Shown here piece by piece: positions 45,969 through 56,255 of a stretch of 64,000 nt of DNA (position 1 is the first letter of the stretch; each line of letters opens with the position of its first letter). Both the position numbers and the translations under genes were made by a program. The notes beneath the pieces are model-generated. The model did no database searches, was not told the DNA's origin, and saw nothing but the letters and a program-made list of their open reading frames with translations. This stretch comes from an uncultured delta proteobacterium (GTDB lineage: Bacteria > Desulfobacterota > Binatia > UBA9968). The stretch is taken from NCBI GenBank assembly GCA_963745835.1, contig CAVUZH010000014.1, positions 256,001 through 320,000 on the forward strand, in the 5' to 3' direction.

Positions 45969-47494
45969 GGCTCTAACAAATAGCTCCAAGTCTCGGTAAG
46001 CGTGTCATTTTCGTTCCGTAGAAATGCCCGGAGCTGTAGCGCTTTGTCCTTAGGCGGCTTAACCTGAAAGGCAGCGCGCCAGCCGCCGGTGATCGGATTT
46101 CTGACAGTACTCTGCTGAACTAATTGAGCATCGGCGCCAACGGTGAGCACCGCCTTTACCGGAGCAGTGTCCGGCAAACTTTTTAGCTTAGCACCTTCAA
46201 AATCCAAGATGATCCTTTTTAGATCATCTTTATCTCCGACTCCGACACGGGTGGCCGTTACTCGGCCCGACGCCGCATCGAGGGGTTCTTCGGTTTGGAA
46301 GTTAATCCGGTACGCAAGATCCAGCGGTTGACCCACTGCCGGCATGCTCCGTGGAACCCAGTAAGCTACGATGTTGTCGTTAGTCTCTTTCTGGCTTGGG
46401 ATTTCCACAAGCTTTATTTGCCCTTTGGGCCAGGTGCCTTTAGGAGTGATCCAGGCGTTGGGGCGCATCTCATGACGCGTTTCCAAATCTTCGTAGTTCG
46501 AATAACTGCGATCTCTTTGCAGCAGGCCAAAGCCTCGCAGGTTGTCGACATCGAAATAGCTGACCTGTAGTCTCATCGGATTGATGAGTGGCCGCCAAAT
46601 CCATTCTCCGCCAGCCGAAACCATCATGAGTCCATCGGAATCATGCACCTCTGGCCGCCAGTCGTTGTTCGGACGCGGCTTCTCCTCACCGTACAAAAAC
46701 ATACTGGTGAGAGGCGCAACTCCCAACTCTTTGACCCTCTTTCTTTCGAACAGCCGAGCTTTCACATCGACCGCGGTCCGATCTCCCGGGCGAACGACAA
46801 ACTCGTAGGCGCCGGTTAAGCTTTGACTATCGAGCAAAGCTAAAACTTTAACTGCGCGCGCCTGCGGTGTCGGTCGCTCGAGCCAGAATTCTCTAAACGT
46901 CGGAAATTCCTCACCCGTCGACAAGGCGGTGTCAATGGCCAGCCCGCGCGACGAAAGACCGAACACCTGCTTCTTCGCCACCGCGCGAAAATAACTGGCG
47001 CCGGCGAAGACTATGACGTGATTGTATTCGTTCCTTTTATAAAGCGGGTAAGCGATGCGGAATCCGGCGAAGCCGAGTTCAGGCGGGATCTTCTCGGCAA
47101 ACTTATTCTTCCCATAAGTGAATTGTTTCGGCGAGAAAGCGACTTTGCGGACGCCCTGCGAATCAAATGTATTCACCGTAACACTATGGGTGTAAAAAAG
47201 TCCGGGATGTATAAACTGTACTTGGAAGTTGCCACTGTCCTTCCACAGGCTTTGCGCAGTATCGAAACGAATGTCGCGATATTCGTCGTAACTTATTTGC
47301 TTGAGAAAATCCGGTACCGGCGGGGGTGGCTTGAAGGGCTCCGCGGCGAGCTTACGCGCGGTCTCGGCTACCTGCTCAAATTCGAATACACCGTTAGCAG
47401 CGGCTAAGGAGCAATTCAACAGAAAAGCCAGCGATATAAAAAGACTGCAGCACAGGATCTGACGTCGGTGACGAAACGAACGTGGCGGCATCAT
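45965..47494 (-). CDS. mdoG: Periplasmic glucan biosynthesis protein MdoG/OpgG
   Basis: YDEYRDIRF, GASYFRA, GEEFP.FREFW, APLTSMF, RPEVHDSDGL, GFGLLQRDR, ETNDNIVAYW, TETWSY. Confidence 0.93.
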   Translation of the reverse strand: MMPPRSFRHRRQILCCSLFISLAFLLNCSLAAANGVFEFEQVAETARKLAAEPFKPPPPVPDFLKQISYDEYRDIRFDTAQSLWKDSGNFQVQFIHPGLFYTHSVTVNTFDSQGVRKVAFSPKQFTYGKNKFAEKIPPELGFAGFRIAYPLYKRNEYNHVIVFAGASYFRAVAKKQVFGLSSRGLAIDTALSTGEEFPTFREFWLERPTPQARAVKVLALLDSQSLTGAYEFVVRPGDRTAVDVKARLFERKRVKELGVAPLTSMFLYGEEKPRPNNDWRPEVHDSDGLMMVSAGGEWIWRPLINPMRLQVSYFDVDNLRGFGLLQRDRSYSNYEDLETRHEMRPNAWITPKGTWPKGQIKLVEIPSQKETNDNIVAYWVPRSMPAVGQPLDLAYRINFQTEEPLDAASGRVTATRVGVGDKDDLKRIILDFEGAKLKSLPDTAPVKAVLTVGADAQLVQQSTVRNPITGGWRAAFQVKPPKDKALQLRAFLRNENDTLTETWSYLLEP

Positions 47495-47688
47495 CTTGGT
47501 TCTATATACACTCCATCGGCTGCGTGGCAGGCATAAACGCCAGCGCGCCCATCTGACAGTCGATCTAAGACAGCGATTTAGATTGGGAAAAAGTTTTGGT
47601 CTGTAGGCTTCCCTACCGCTTCAAAGGCAGAACCCCAGCTCAGAGCCGCCAGCGCAGCATCACAAGCTCTCGGCACCCCAAAGTTTCC

Positions 47689-48120
47689 TCACGATGCAAG
47701 CCGGATGAGATCAGCATACTGCTCGCCGCGGTCATTCTTTATTACCTTGATCAAAATAAGGTCGCCGTAGCGTAAATCATCGACCGGCATCTCGCGCTCG
47801 CGATTATAGACGACGGTCGCGGGATCGTATTTGATGACCGTCATGCGGCCCTCGGTTGTACGGAGTTGGATTTCGCGGCGATTCTGATCAACCTTTTGCA
47901 CGGTCCCTGTCATTTCGTCGGCGGCTCGCGGCCGCGCGATCTCAGGATGGCTTTCCGGCCGGCGGTCTAACTCCCGACGATCCAAGTCCCGGCGGCTAAC
48001 ATCGCCGGGATCATCGATCGCACGCCGTGGTAAAAGCGCGATGCTCTCGCATCCAGCCGACGTCAACACAAACATCAGCGGCACAACTGCTATTACCTTT
48101 GCTCTAAACTTCTGCTTCAT
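47689..48120 (-). CDS. Hypothetical lipoprotein with a small beta (OB-like) domain
   Basis: Start moved to ATG 48120; lipobox SAGC; GTVQKVD...VDDLRYGDLI. Confidence 0.65.
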   Translation of the reverse strand: MKQKFRAKVIAVVPLMFVLTSAGCESIALLPRRAIDDPGDVSRRDLDRRELDRRPESHPEIARPRAADEMTGTVQKVDQNRREIQLRTTEGRMTVIKYDPATVVYNREREMPVDDLRYGDLILIKVIKNDRGEQYADLIRLAS

Positions 48121-48145
48121 ATCGATATCCCCGACGATCAGTCGA

Positions 48146-48160
48146 GCAATTAGAATGCCA
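48146..48160 (-). promoter_or_regulatory. sigma54 promoter
   Basis: Minus strand TGGCATTCTAATTGC, 26 nt upstream of ATG 48120. Confidence 0.7.
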
Positions 48161-48409
48161 GCATCAGACATCGCAATTTGCGGCGCTTGTGTATGTCGCC
48201 TGAAACAGCGCGCCAGTTGGCAGCAGCAACTTGACCCAAAGCTGAGACACTAAGTTGATTGACTGCCGCGAAAACAGCCGGACTGTGAATGGTAGCGAGC
48301 CTCCACCTGAAGACAAATCCAGTCACTACTAAATTAACGCTGAGTAGTTTGCGCAGACGAATCCACGCTCCCTAGTTTAGATATTTAAAATTGGAACTCA
48401 GGCGGGGCT

Positions 48410-48679
48410 TTAATCAATCTTTTGCAGCTCTTTCTCTTCGAGGATTTGAGTGGAATCGTCGGCAAGCTTAACTTCGTACAGCGTTATACCTCGCGGATGG
48501 ATATCGCCGGCAACATGCTTCGGGAACTCGCCAATGTAAACGCCGTCGCTGACTTTGCCGCGCAACGAGTTTTGCCCTTTCAGTACAACTGCATCGCCTT
48601 TTCTCAATTGAAACATAAATGCAAAACTCTCGTCGAGTCGCGGATCATCGATCTTAATCGTTTCCATGTAAGTTATCAT
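48410..48679 (-). CDS. Small hypothetical protein
   Basis: 89-aa ORF with protein-like composition in an otherwise empty gap; alternative start at 48667. Confidence 0.55.
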   Translation of the reverse strand: MITYMETIKIDDPRLDESFAFMFQLRKGDAVVLKGQNSLRGKVSDGVYIGEFPKHVAGDIHPRGITLYEVKLADDSTQILEEKELQKID

Positions 48680-48753
48680 CGCTGGTTTTTACCTTTTTTC
48701 AAGATGTGCAAATGCAGATCGATCGAGCTCACCGTGTGCAGCACGCAGGCAAG

Positions 48754-48768
48754 TGGCATATAGATTGC
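48754..48768 (+). promoter_or_regulatory. sigma54 promoter
   Basis: TGGCATATAGATTGC, about 110 nt upstream of the SDR gene. Confidence 0.65.
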
Positions 48769-48878
48769 GTTTTTTGAATGGTTTCCCGAGTCCTGCGCAT
48801 AATTAAGCAGGTGATGTCTGTGCAACGATTGCGGAATGTTAGTTTCGCGTCCGATCCATACTGTTATCGGTCGTCGTC

Positions 48879-50000
48879 ATGGAGGAGATCATGAGAGTCA
48901 CTTCGCAGAACAGGCTCCCGCTACCATTGAGAATTGCCGCAGTCGGAGTCGCCGCAGCCGGTTTCTCCTACGCTTTGGGCCGCTACCGTAGAATCGATTT
49001 CTCCCGGAAGACTGTGCTGATCTCGGGAGCATCACGCGGGCTTGGTTTAGAACTGGCTCGCCGTTTTGCAGCGCAACGCGCCAACGTCGTGTTACTGGCC
49101 CGCGATCAGGGCCGGCTAACAGAAGCCGCTCAAGAACTCAGAAGATACGGCGTTGACATATCGACCCGACAGTGTGATGTGACGCAAGCCGATGAAGCGC
49201 GGCGCGCCATTACGTCCGTCATCGATGAGTTCAAAACAATCGATGTACTGGTTAATAACGCCGGTATCATCCAGGTCGGGCCTGCGGAAAACATGAACCG
49301 AGACGATTACGCCGACGCGTTGGCAGTGCATTTCTGGGCTCCGCTCAACCTGACAACTGAAGTGCTTCCGTATATGAAGGGGCAAGGCAGTGGCCGCATC
49401 GTCAATATTACCTCAATCGGCGGCAAGGTCGCGGTGCCTCATCTGGCGCCTTATGTCGCCAGTAAATTCGCTTTTGTCGGCTTCTCCGAGGCGATGCGGG
49501 TAGAGCTGATAAAAGACGGCATTTACGTGACCACAGTGGTTCCTGGTTTGATGCGCACCGGCTCTCACATCAACGCGTTTTTTAAGGGGCAGCATCAAAA
49601 AGAGTTCGCACTCTTCAGTATCGCCAACGCGTCACCGTTGTTCTCTACAGCTTCGGAACGAGCGGCCCGGCAGATCGTGGAAGCGTGCCGGTACGGCAAA
49701 GCCGAATTGATTATTACGCCTCAGGCGCGCCTTCTTCATCTCGCCAATTCTTTATTCCCAAACATTACCGCGGAAGTTCTAGGATTGATTTCACGAGGCC
49801 TGCCAAGCACCCGGCCCGGCGAAGGCAACGCTTTGAAACGGGGCTGGCAAAGCCACTCTTTTATGGCACCATCAGTACTTACCCGCACGGCCGATCGGGT
49901 CATCCGCCGCAACCAAGAAGAGCCGCGCTCTGCATCGCATACGAATGCGTCAAACGGATTTCTCAAAGTCTCCGGGCCAGAACGCGACAGAAGCGGCTAG
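48879..50000 (+). CDS. Short-chain dehydrogenase/reductase
   Basis: SGASRGLG, NNAG, YVASK, PGLMRTG. The true start may be ATG 48891 after GGAGG. Confidence 0.92.
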   Translation: MEEIMRVTSQNRLPLPLRIAAVGVAAAGFSYALGRYRRIDFSRKTVLISGASRGLGLELARRFAAQRANVVLLARDQGRLTEAAQELRRYGVDISTRQCDVTQADEARRAITSVIDEFKTIDVLVNNAGIIQVGPAENMNRDDYADALAVHFWAPLNLTTEVLPYMKGQGSGRIVNITSIGGKVAVPHLAPYVASKFAFVGFSEAMRVELIKDGIYVTTVVPGLMRTGSHINAFFKGQHQKEFALFSIANASPLFSTASERAARQIVEACRYGKAELIITPQARLLHLANSLFPNITAEVLGLISRGLPSTRPGEGNALKRGWQSHSFMAPSVLTRTADRVIRRNQEEPRSASHTNASNGFLKVSGPERDRSG

Positions 50001-50293
50001 GATCGGATGTATCTCGGGAGAAACTTTATTAAGAACTGCGCGATCACCTGCAACAAAGGAGTCATGCCCCCATGAAGTAAAAACTCCCACGGACCAGGCG
50101 GCTATGACGGCTTTGAACGATGAGGCTGGAGAATAAATCTAAGAAGCCAAAAGCAGAGAAGACACCTCTATGCGCCTGCACTCACGCCACCCATTTTCTC
50201 AGCCGGTGCCGCAAGCGGGTAAAACCCCCGGCGAAACAATGCACGGAGTGCCTGCAGGATCATAGCCGTTACCCGGGCCCCTCCTTGATCCAG

Positions 50294-51715
50294 CTAAAAA
50301 CAATCTCGCAACGCCTGCCGAGCGGCAAAGTAACCGCACATTCCGTGCACGCCGCCGCCGGGTGGGGTTGATGCCGAGCAGAGATAGAGTCCGCGTGCTG
50401 AAGTCGAATACAGCTTCAAGGTGGGCCGTAAAAACAATTGACCTAGAGTGGGGGCGCCCCCGTTAATGTCGCCACCGATCAAGTTAGGGTTGCGCCGTTC
50501 TAGATCGGCGGGCGCAGCAACGCTGCGCGCAAGAACGGTATCGCGAAACCCCGGCGCGAAGCGCTCAATCTGAGCTTCGATGCGCGCGGTCATATCGAAT
50601 GCGGATCCGTTTGGCACGTGACAATACGTCCATAGAGTATGCTTTGATTCCGGCGCCCGCGATGAATCGAACAACGACGGTTGTACCGCCAAGACAAACG
50701 GATGCGCTGTGTGATCGCCTCGCCAAGCGGCGCGCTCCGAAACTGCTATCTCCTGCAATGTGCCGCCCAGATGAACCGTTGCCGCCCGCGCGCACGCCTG
50801 CGCTTTCCAAGGAACCGGGGCGGAAAGCGCCCAGTCGATTTTAAAAGCACCCATGCCGTAACGATAACGCTCAAGCCTTCGTCGATAGCTCGGCGATAGT
50901 CGATTCCCGGCAAGTCCCAGCAGTTGCTTTGGCGTCATGTCGAATAAAATTACTCTGCAGGAGGGAAGTTCATCCAGCGTTTGCACCGGCGTGTTGGTGT
51001 AGATCTCGCCGCCTTTCGATCGGAGATACAGAACCAGCGCGTCAGCCAGCGCTTGTGCCCCTCGCCGCGCTATGGGCCAGCCGAGCGCATGTGCCGTCGT
51101 CCCCAGCACCAGGCCGAAGGCCGCCGAACCCCACGCTTCTAGCGGCAACATCGAATGCGCAGACAGACCAGCGAGGAGCGCTCTGGCCCGCTGCGCCTCA
51201 AACCAGCTCTCGGCAAAGCTCCGCGCCGGGCGGATTGCTAAGAGGCCGAATCGGGTCATGGCTAGGGGCCTATTTGGCCATCTGAGCGGCGCGAGCAGAT
51301 CGGCGTCGAGGCCGTGCCATGACTCGATCATCGGACGCATCAACCGCTGATAAGCATCCCCATCTCCACCGAGTCCGGCGGCTGTGTCGTGCAACGATCT
51401 TTCAAGCATGACAGCCGAGCCATCGTCGAGAGGATGGGCGAGCGGCGCCGGCGGCTGTACCCATTCCAGGCCGTATTGAACCAGAGGCAATGAACGAAAC
51501 AGCGGTGAGCCGATTGCCAATGGATAAACTGCCGAGCAGACGTCATGGACAAATCCGGGCAAGGTTAATTCTTCCGAACGCATTCCGCCGCCGATCTTGT
51601 CTGCCGCTTCGTACACAGCCACCGATTTACCGCTATCGATCATTGTAATCGCGGCGGCAAGCCCATTTGGGCCGGAGCCTACAACGACGGCATCGTATCG
51701 CTGCGATTGAGCCAT
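50294..51715 (-). CDS. FAD-dependent oxidoreductase, phytoene dehydrogenase-like
   Basis: VVGSGPNGLAAA, PGFVHDVCSA, QIERFAPGF, LYLCSASTPPGGGVHGMCG. Confidence 0.9.
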   Translation of the reverse strand: MAQSQRYDAVVVGSGPNGLAAAITMIDSGKSVAVYEAADKIGGGMRSEELTLPGFVHDVCSAVYPLAIGSPLFRSLPLVQYGLEWVQPPAPLAHPLDDGSAVMLERSLHDTAAGLGGDGDAYQRLMRPMIESWHGLDADLLAPLRWPNRPLAMTRFGLLAIRPARSFAESWFEAQRARALLAGLSAHSMLPLEAWGSAAFGLVLGTTAHALGWPIARRGAQALADALVLYLRSKGGEIYTNTPVQTLDELPSCRVILFDMTPKQLLGLAGNRLSPSYRRRLERYRYGMGAFKIDWALSAPVPWKAQACARAATVHLGGTLQEIAVSERAAWRGDHTAHPFVLAVQPSLFDSSRAPESKHTLWTYCHVPNGSAFDMTARIEAQIERFAPGFRDTVLARSVAAPADLERRNPNLIGGDINGGAPTLGQLFLRPTLKLYSTSARGLYLCSASTPPGGGVHGMCGYFAARQALRDCF

Positions 51716-51979
51716 TCAGCTCCGGTGCAGTTCAGCAGGATTAACCGACGGTTGAGAATTCCAGTTGGAGGAATTTTGACGCGTTACATGCGGCGAGGAT
51801 GCAGTGGGGATTCTATGGCACGATTGCAGAAGCGATATGATCTTTGCACGCCGGGCATTTCTCTTCTCCGGCGTGCATAAAATTTCCACAACCCTTTGGG
51901 CCATGTGTCGGGTGATCACAAGGGCAAGCCGTTTTGAGTTGATCGGCAGCATCTTTGCCTGTCGGATCGTATTCCATTG

Positions 51980-52438
51980 CTAATGCTGGGTAGCCTTTCT
52001 GAACTCGGTTTTTTCAAGTCCCGAGGAGGCGCGTTCGGCGATGTATCGGACATCTTCCTTCGTATGCTGTAGCGCATCCTCCGGCACTGGTTTTACCTCG
52101 GTAACTTTGCGCTTGCCAATGGTCAACGCAATCGCGCCGGCAACACAGTAGACCAACCCAACTATGCCCAGGCTGCCCCAGAGTGGTATCGGTGTGTAGG
52201 TTGAAACGAGAAATACGATCATGAGAGTCAACAAAATGAATCCCACAACCAGCAAAAAGCCGCCGATCCCGAGCGATACGCCCGCCTTAATGCCCTTGCT
52301 CATCTCTTGCTTAAGCTCAAGCTTGGCTGCAGCAATTTCTTTAGTTATCAAAGTCTGAGCATCCTGGAAAATTCCAGAAATCAATGATCCAAACGACTTG
52401 TTGTCGTTACGACTGCCAGTAGTTTCTAATCGATCCAT
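51980..52438 (-). CDS. Small two-TM membrane protein, holin-like Phage_holin_3_6/DUF1469 family
   Basis: SFGSLISGIFQDAQTLITKEIAAAKLEL + 2 TM + PVPE..LQHTKEDV; AAGGAG RBS favours ATG 52438. Confidence 0.8.
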   Translation of the reverse strand: MDRLETTGSRNDNKSFGSLISGIFQDAQTLITKEIAAAKLELKQEMSKGIKAGVSLGIGGFLLVVGFILLTLMIVFLVSTYTPIPLWGSLGIVGLVYCVAGAIALTIGKRKVTEVKPVPEDALQHTKEDVRYIAERASSGLEKTEFRKATQH

Positions 52439-52472
52439 ACACATCTCCTTTTTTTAACTGTCTAATTAACCG

Positions 52473-52487
52473 GCAACTTTTATGCCA
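52473..52487 (-). promoter_or_regulatory. sigma54 promoter
   Basis: Minus strand TGGCATAAAAGTTGC, 35 nt upstream of the start. Confidence 0.72.
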
Positions 52488-53251
52488 CATCATGGATAAA
52501 TCATCATCAAACGCGCACACGTCGGACGCAGGTAAAGCTGTCACCATCGCGGGACATAGGAAGGTCTTTTGTTTCACAATTGGAGCAAGCTCTTAGCTGA
52601 CCGATCGAACTCTCTTACGTACGTTCCATCAATATGCAAAGACAAGAAGGTTTACCGGAATCCGGATGAATTTGATCAGCGACCGAGAGTATGATGATTC
52701 ATTCTATTACTTGGACCACTCCTAATTGTATAAGATCAAGCATTTTTCTAGAGCAGACAACCGTCTCCGATTGTCCAAACCGATCCACCATCGGTGCAGG
52801 AGATCAGTTTTTCGCCCGAGTTTGTAGCGATACCGCTCAACAACCGAATCGCTGCGATACTCGATCATGAACCAGGCGATGTCCCAGAGCCAACTGAGCG
52901 TTTTCGAGTCACGCGCAATTTCACAATGCCTGGCAGAAAACGCGACAATTCCTGCCCAAGGATTCGCACCAAAGACAAGGCCACATCTGAGCGATTTGCC
53001 AGATCTCAAGCGCTGTTTTGAGACTCATGCACGTTGAGCTGCCGTAAAGCGGGCCTACGACATCGCCAAGAGAATCAACACCTCCGCGGCAACGACCGAC
53101 TCGGCAAAATCAATTCTCTTCGGTCAAGACGGGCGGTCGCAACGTCTGGATCACGCAAGATCCAGCCGAGCCGCGCTACGAGCGGCTTCGAGCCTGGACT
53201 CGTATGAGCACTTGAGCGATTATCGTTCGAACTAGAAGTTGGAGGTCGAAC

Positions 53252-53572
53252 ATGTGGTATATCGTCCTTTCCCGATCTTTGCCCGAAAAAGAAGCAGACA
53301 AGCAGAATCATTACGAGGAGGATCGGCTGTGGTTGGATGATCAACACAGGGCCGGAAGATTACTTTTTTCCGGCCCTACTACAGATGGGGGGTTCGGAAT
53401 TTATATTATGCTTGCATCGAGTCTCAGCGACGCAGAGAAAATCGCAGCTCAGGATCCGCACCATCTTCGAGGTATTCGCAAGATGCAAGTGTTGGAATGG
53501 CGAGCGCATCGCGCCTTCCGGCTAAACGGGCGAACTATCGAGGATCTAGAGCAAATTGCCAAGAACCATTAG
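53252..53572 (+). CDS. YciI-like protein
   Basis: GRLLFSGP, GIYIM.ASSLSDAEKIAAQDP; GGAGG RBS. Confidence 0.8.
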   Translation: MWYIVLSRSLPEKEADKQNHYEEDRLWLDDQHRAGRLLFSGPTTDGGFGIYIMLASSLSDAEKIAAQDPHHLRGIRKMQVLEWRAHRAFRLNGRTIEDLEQIAKNH

Positions 53573-53754
53573 CGCAATAGATCACCAAGATCCTCTGAAA
53601 AGCTACGGATACACTAGTCGAGAGACAACCGGTTTGGGCTCCAAGCAGTAAGGCAGGTTGCGAGCCGTTTCAGCAAGCTGTTCCTGGCGAGGCAAGTGCA
53701 TGTGAATCAATGTTCGTAACGCTATCGTTGGGGGAAGGCGGCGTCGAGAGTTTG

Positions 53755-56172
53755 TTAAACTGCACGCAAAGCTATGTTTTCAGCCGCTAAGCTATCGCTA
53801 ACCGCAATTGCAAGCTCGCTGCGCACTTCCATCCAGTCGTGTATGCGATCGGTCCAGGCGCGCAGCTCCAGTCCGAGCGAATCCGGCCCGAGTTTTACAA
53901 CCCATGCCTTGGGAGGAGGGTCGCGGCTAATAAGCGGATGTTCGTTGGCCGCGCGCTCAAGTAAGGCGATGATTCGGCGCGGATCGGCGATTTGTGCCAC
54001 CGCCAATTGCAGCTCAATACTGCGCCGACGATTTGAAAACGTCCAGTTGACGACCCGCTCTGATATCAATTTGCCATTGGGAACGATCACCTCGGCGCCG
54101 GCCGGTGTGCCGATAATGCTCGCGCGAATACCAATCCTTTGAACCACCCCCGAGGCGTCATCGATCTGCACGATATCGCCGACGTTAACCGGCCGCTCAA
54201 ACAACAAAATGAGACCCGAGACAAAATTATTAAAGATGTTCTGCAAGCCAAAGCCGACACCGACGCTGAAAGCGCCGGCAAGTATCGTAACTTTCGTCAT
54301 ATCCACGCCTAACGCCGCTACCCCTGCAAAAAATCCAACCAGCACAATGGCATAGTTGATCATAGTGGAAATCGCATAAGGCAAACCGCGAGTCAGATGA
54401 ACTCGTGGAAATACCTCTTCATCAAGAACAAAACGAACGAAGCGCGAGACCAGAAGAGCTGCCCAAACCGTGGCGCCAAAAACAACTATGTCGCCCAGCG
54501 AAATTCGCAGCGAGCCGACAACTAATCGTTCGGTCATAAAGTCACTGATCGCGCTGAACAAACGGTCGCGTAACAACAGGCGATTGAGGATGTGAAGAAC
54601 CCACAGTAGGACCGCCGTCCATTGTAGAATCCGATAAATTCGACGGCGAAGCAGTGCGCCATGCTTGGAGATGATACGGAGCATTCGGAGCGGTCGCAGA
54701 CTGAACGCGATCATCACGAGGCTATCAATCAACTCGACGATGGCATAAAGAATCAGCGCAAAGTAGCCGCTGCTCAGAAGCGCATTTCCGAGAAGGCTAG
54801 CGAGCGTCATATATCCGGTGGCGTTGGCGATGAAAGCCGCCGCGGCCATTATCAAAGCCAGACTCGCCGCGACCTTGACGATCTTGCTCAGTCGACCAAA
54901 GCTGGTGTTCTGAATACCCAGCCGATCGACAGAGCGAAGCAGCCAAACCAGAAACGCCATCAACCCCAACGTTTCGCCGAGCAAAAGCAGGCGAGCCGCA
55001 AGTTCTTCGGCAACAAGAATCGCGCGGACCTGATCGACAACATAAAATGTTGCGAGACCGAACAGCGCTGGATAAAGATCGCGTGCGATAAGCCTGCGTA
55101 AGATGATTGCGGTGGGGATCAGAGCCAGTGTCCCGAGACACGCCCAGAACAAACGCGGCGCCTGCGGATAGATCCAGCGGCTGAAAAACATTGAAAGGAG
55201 GAAAGCGGCGGCAATCGGTGTTTCACAGACAATGGCTGAACAGCCGATCCCGACATCTTCTAGCCGCGGCTCGACTCGTCGGCGCAACCATAGAAAGCCC
55301 GCGGCTATACCGATAAAAATTCCGGCATGAATCAGAAAGGACGGTGTCTGGCGCGCCGCATAGGCGCTCAGTGCTTGCCATTGGGCCGCAATCGAAGTGC
55401 TACTCTCCGTTCGAAGCTCGTGGGTGCTGTCCAAACCTAGTTCGATGCTCCAAATCGGTTCGCTGTCCGGCGTAAAAAGACGGTCCAGCGCATTTTCGCG
55501 TGCCTTTTCGATCAAAGCTAGGGCGTCGGCGATGCGACCATCTTGAGCAGCCACCCGATTTTGTAAGCTCAAGGCGCGTCCGCTGTAACCCTCAATGTCT
55601 TTGCGCGCCTTTTCAGTTTCAGTGAGAACGGCCTGAATTCGACCGAGAACTTCCGCGGGAACATTTGCGAGCTTAGCCGCCTCGAGAGTTTCTCGCCAAA
55701 CTTTACCAAGTTCGTCGAGTTCGGCTATCTCGCTTTCGAGCCGGCTCAGGTAGCCGGTTAGTTGCCGGTTCCAGGCGGCGAGATTGCGCCGCAACGGTCG
55801 CCATTCCGACTCCAGGTAGCTAAGCGTCTGGATCGACGGTCGCTGCGCCAAGATCCTGCGGGTCTGACGAAGACGCGCATCGATCTCACGAGTCAATAGC
55901 GGAAACTGCTGCACCACCGCCGGCATCGTTCGGCTATCAGGAGCCTCGGCCATCCGTTCACGCACTCGCGCCAGGGCTGCCTCGGCTTCTCTGGCTATGT
56001 CGGGCAATGGAATCGCTGCCGGGCTCGCTACTGCGGTAGCAGAGTCTGTCCCTGCAACAGAGTGCGAAGTGGTAGCTGGCTGGCCGCGTTCAGCAAGAGC
56101 CCCCACCAGTATAGCGGCGACCACGCCGCCTGCCAGCAACTTTCGAAGTTTTCCCCTAGATTGAATTCGCAT
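53755..56172 (-). CDS. Large MscS-family (MscK-like) mechanosensitive channel
   Basis: Periplasmic coiled-coil, many TM helices, GAFSVGVGFGLQNIFNNFVSGLILLFERPVNVGD, VPNGKLISERVVNWT. Confidence 0.92.
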   Translation of the reverse strand: MRIQSRGKLRKLLAGGVVAAILVGALAERGQPATTSHSVAGTDSATAVASPAAIPLPDIAREAEAALARVRERMAEAPDSRTMPAVVQQFPLLTREIDARLRQTRRILAQRPSIQTLSYLESEWRPLRRNLAAWNRQLTGYLSRLESEIAELDELGKVWRETLEAAKLANVPAEVLGRIQAVLTETEKARKDIEGYSGRALSLQNRVAAQDGRIADALALIEKARENALDRLFTPDSEPIWSIELGLDSTHELRTESSTSIAAQWQALSAYAARQTPSFLIHAGIFIGIAAGFLWLRRRVEPRLEDVGIGCSAIVCETPIAAAFLLSMFFSRWIYPQAPRLFWACLGTLALIPTAIILRRLIARDLYPALFGLATFYVVDQVRAILVAEELAARLLLLGETLGLMAFLVWLLRSVDRLGIQNTSFGRLSKIVKVAASLALIMAAAAFIANATGYMTLASLLGNALLSSGYFALILYAIVELIDSLVMIAFSLRPLRMLRIISKHGALLRRRIYRILQWTAVLLWVLHILNRLLLRDRLFSAISDFMTERLVVGSLRISLGDIVVFGATVWAALLVSRFVRFVLDEEVFPRVHLTRGLPYAISTMINYAIVLVGFFAGVAALGVDMTKVTILAGAFSVGVGFGLQNIFNNFVSGLILLFERPVNVGDIVQIDDASGVVQRIGIRASIIGTPAGAEVIVPNGKLISERVVNWTFSNRRRSIELQLAVAQIADPRRIIALLERAANEHPLISRDPPPKAWVVKLGPDSLGLELRAWTDRIHDWMEVRSELAIAVSDSLAAENIALRAV

Positions 56173-56255
56173 AGGATGTCGGTCAGCGCATTTGCAACGG
56201 CAGATGCGAGCCTCTCCTTTTACACACGTTTGCTGTTCGGAATTGCGATTACGGA

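Noticed and set aside
50120-50371. 83-aa Cys-rich ORF (CAC..H..C..CTEC)
   Set aside because: No clear RBS and a 78-nt overlap with a convergent gene; not excluded, but unsupported.
51980-52438. Prophage suggested by the 'holin' family name
   Set aside because: No phage genes nearby; this family is common in non-phage stress loci.
52600-53240. Short ORFs on both strands in a 0.7-kb gap
   Set aside because: No recognisable motif or RBS in the frames examined.
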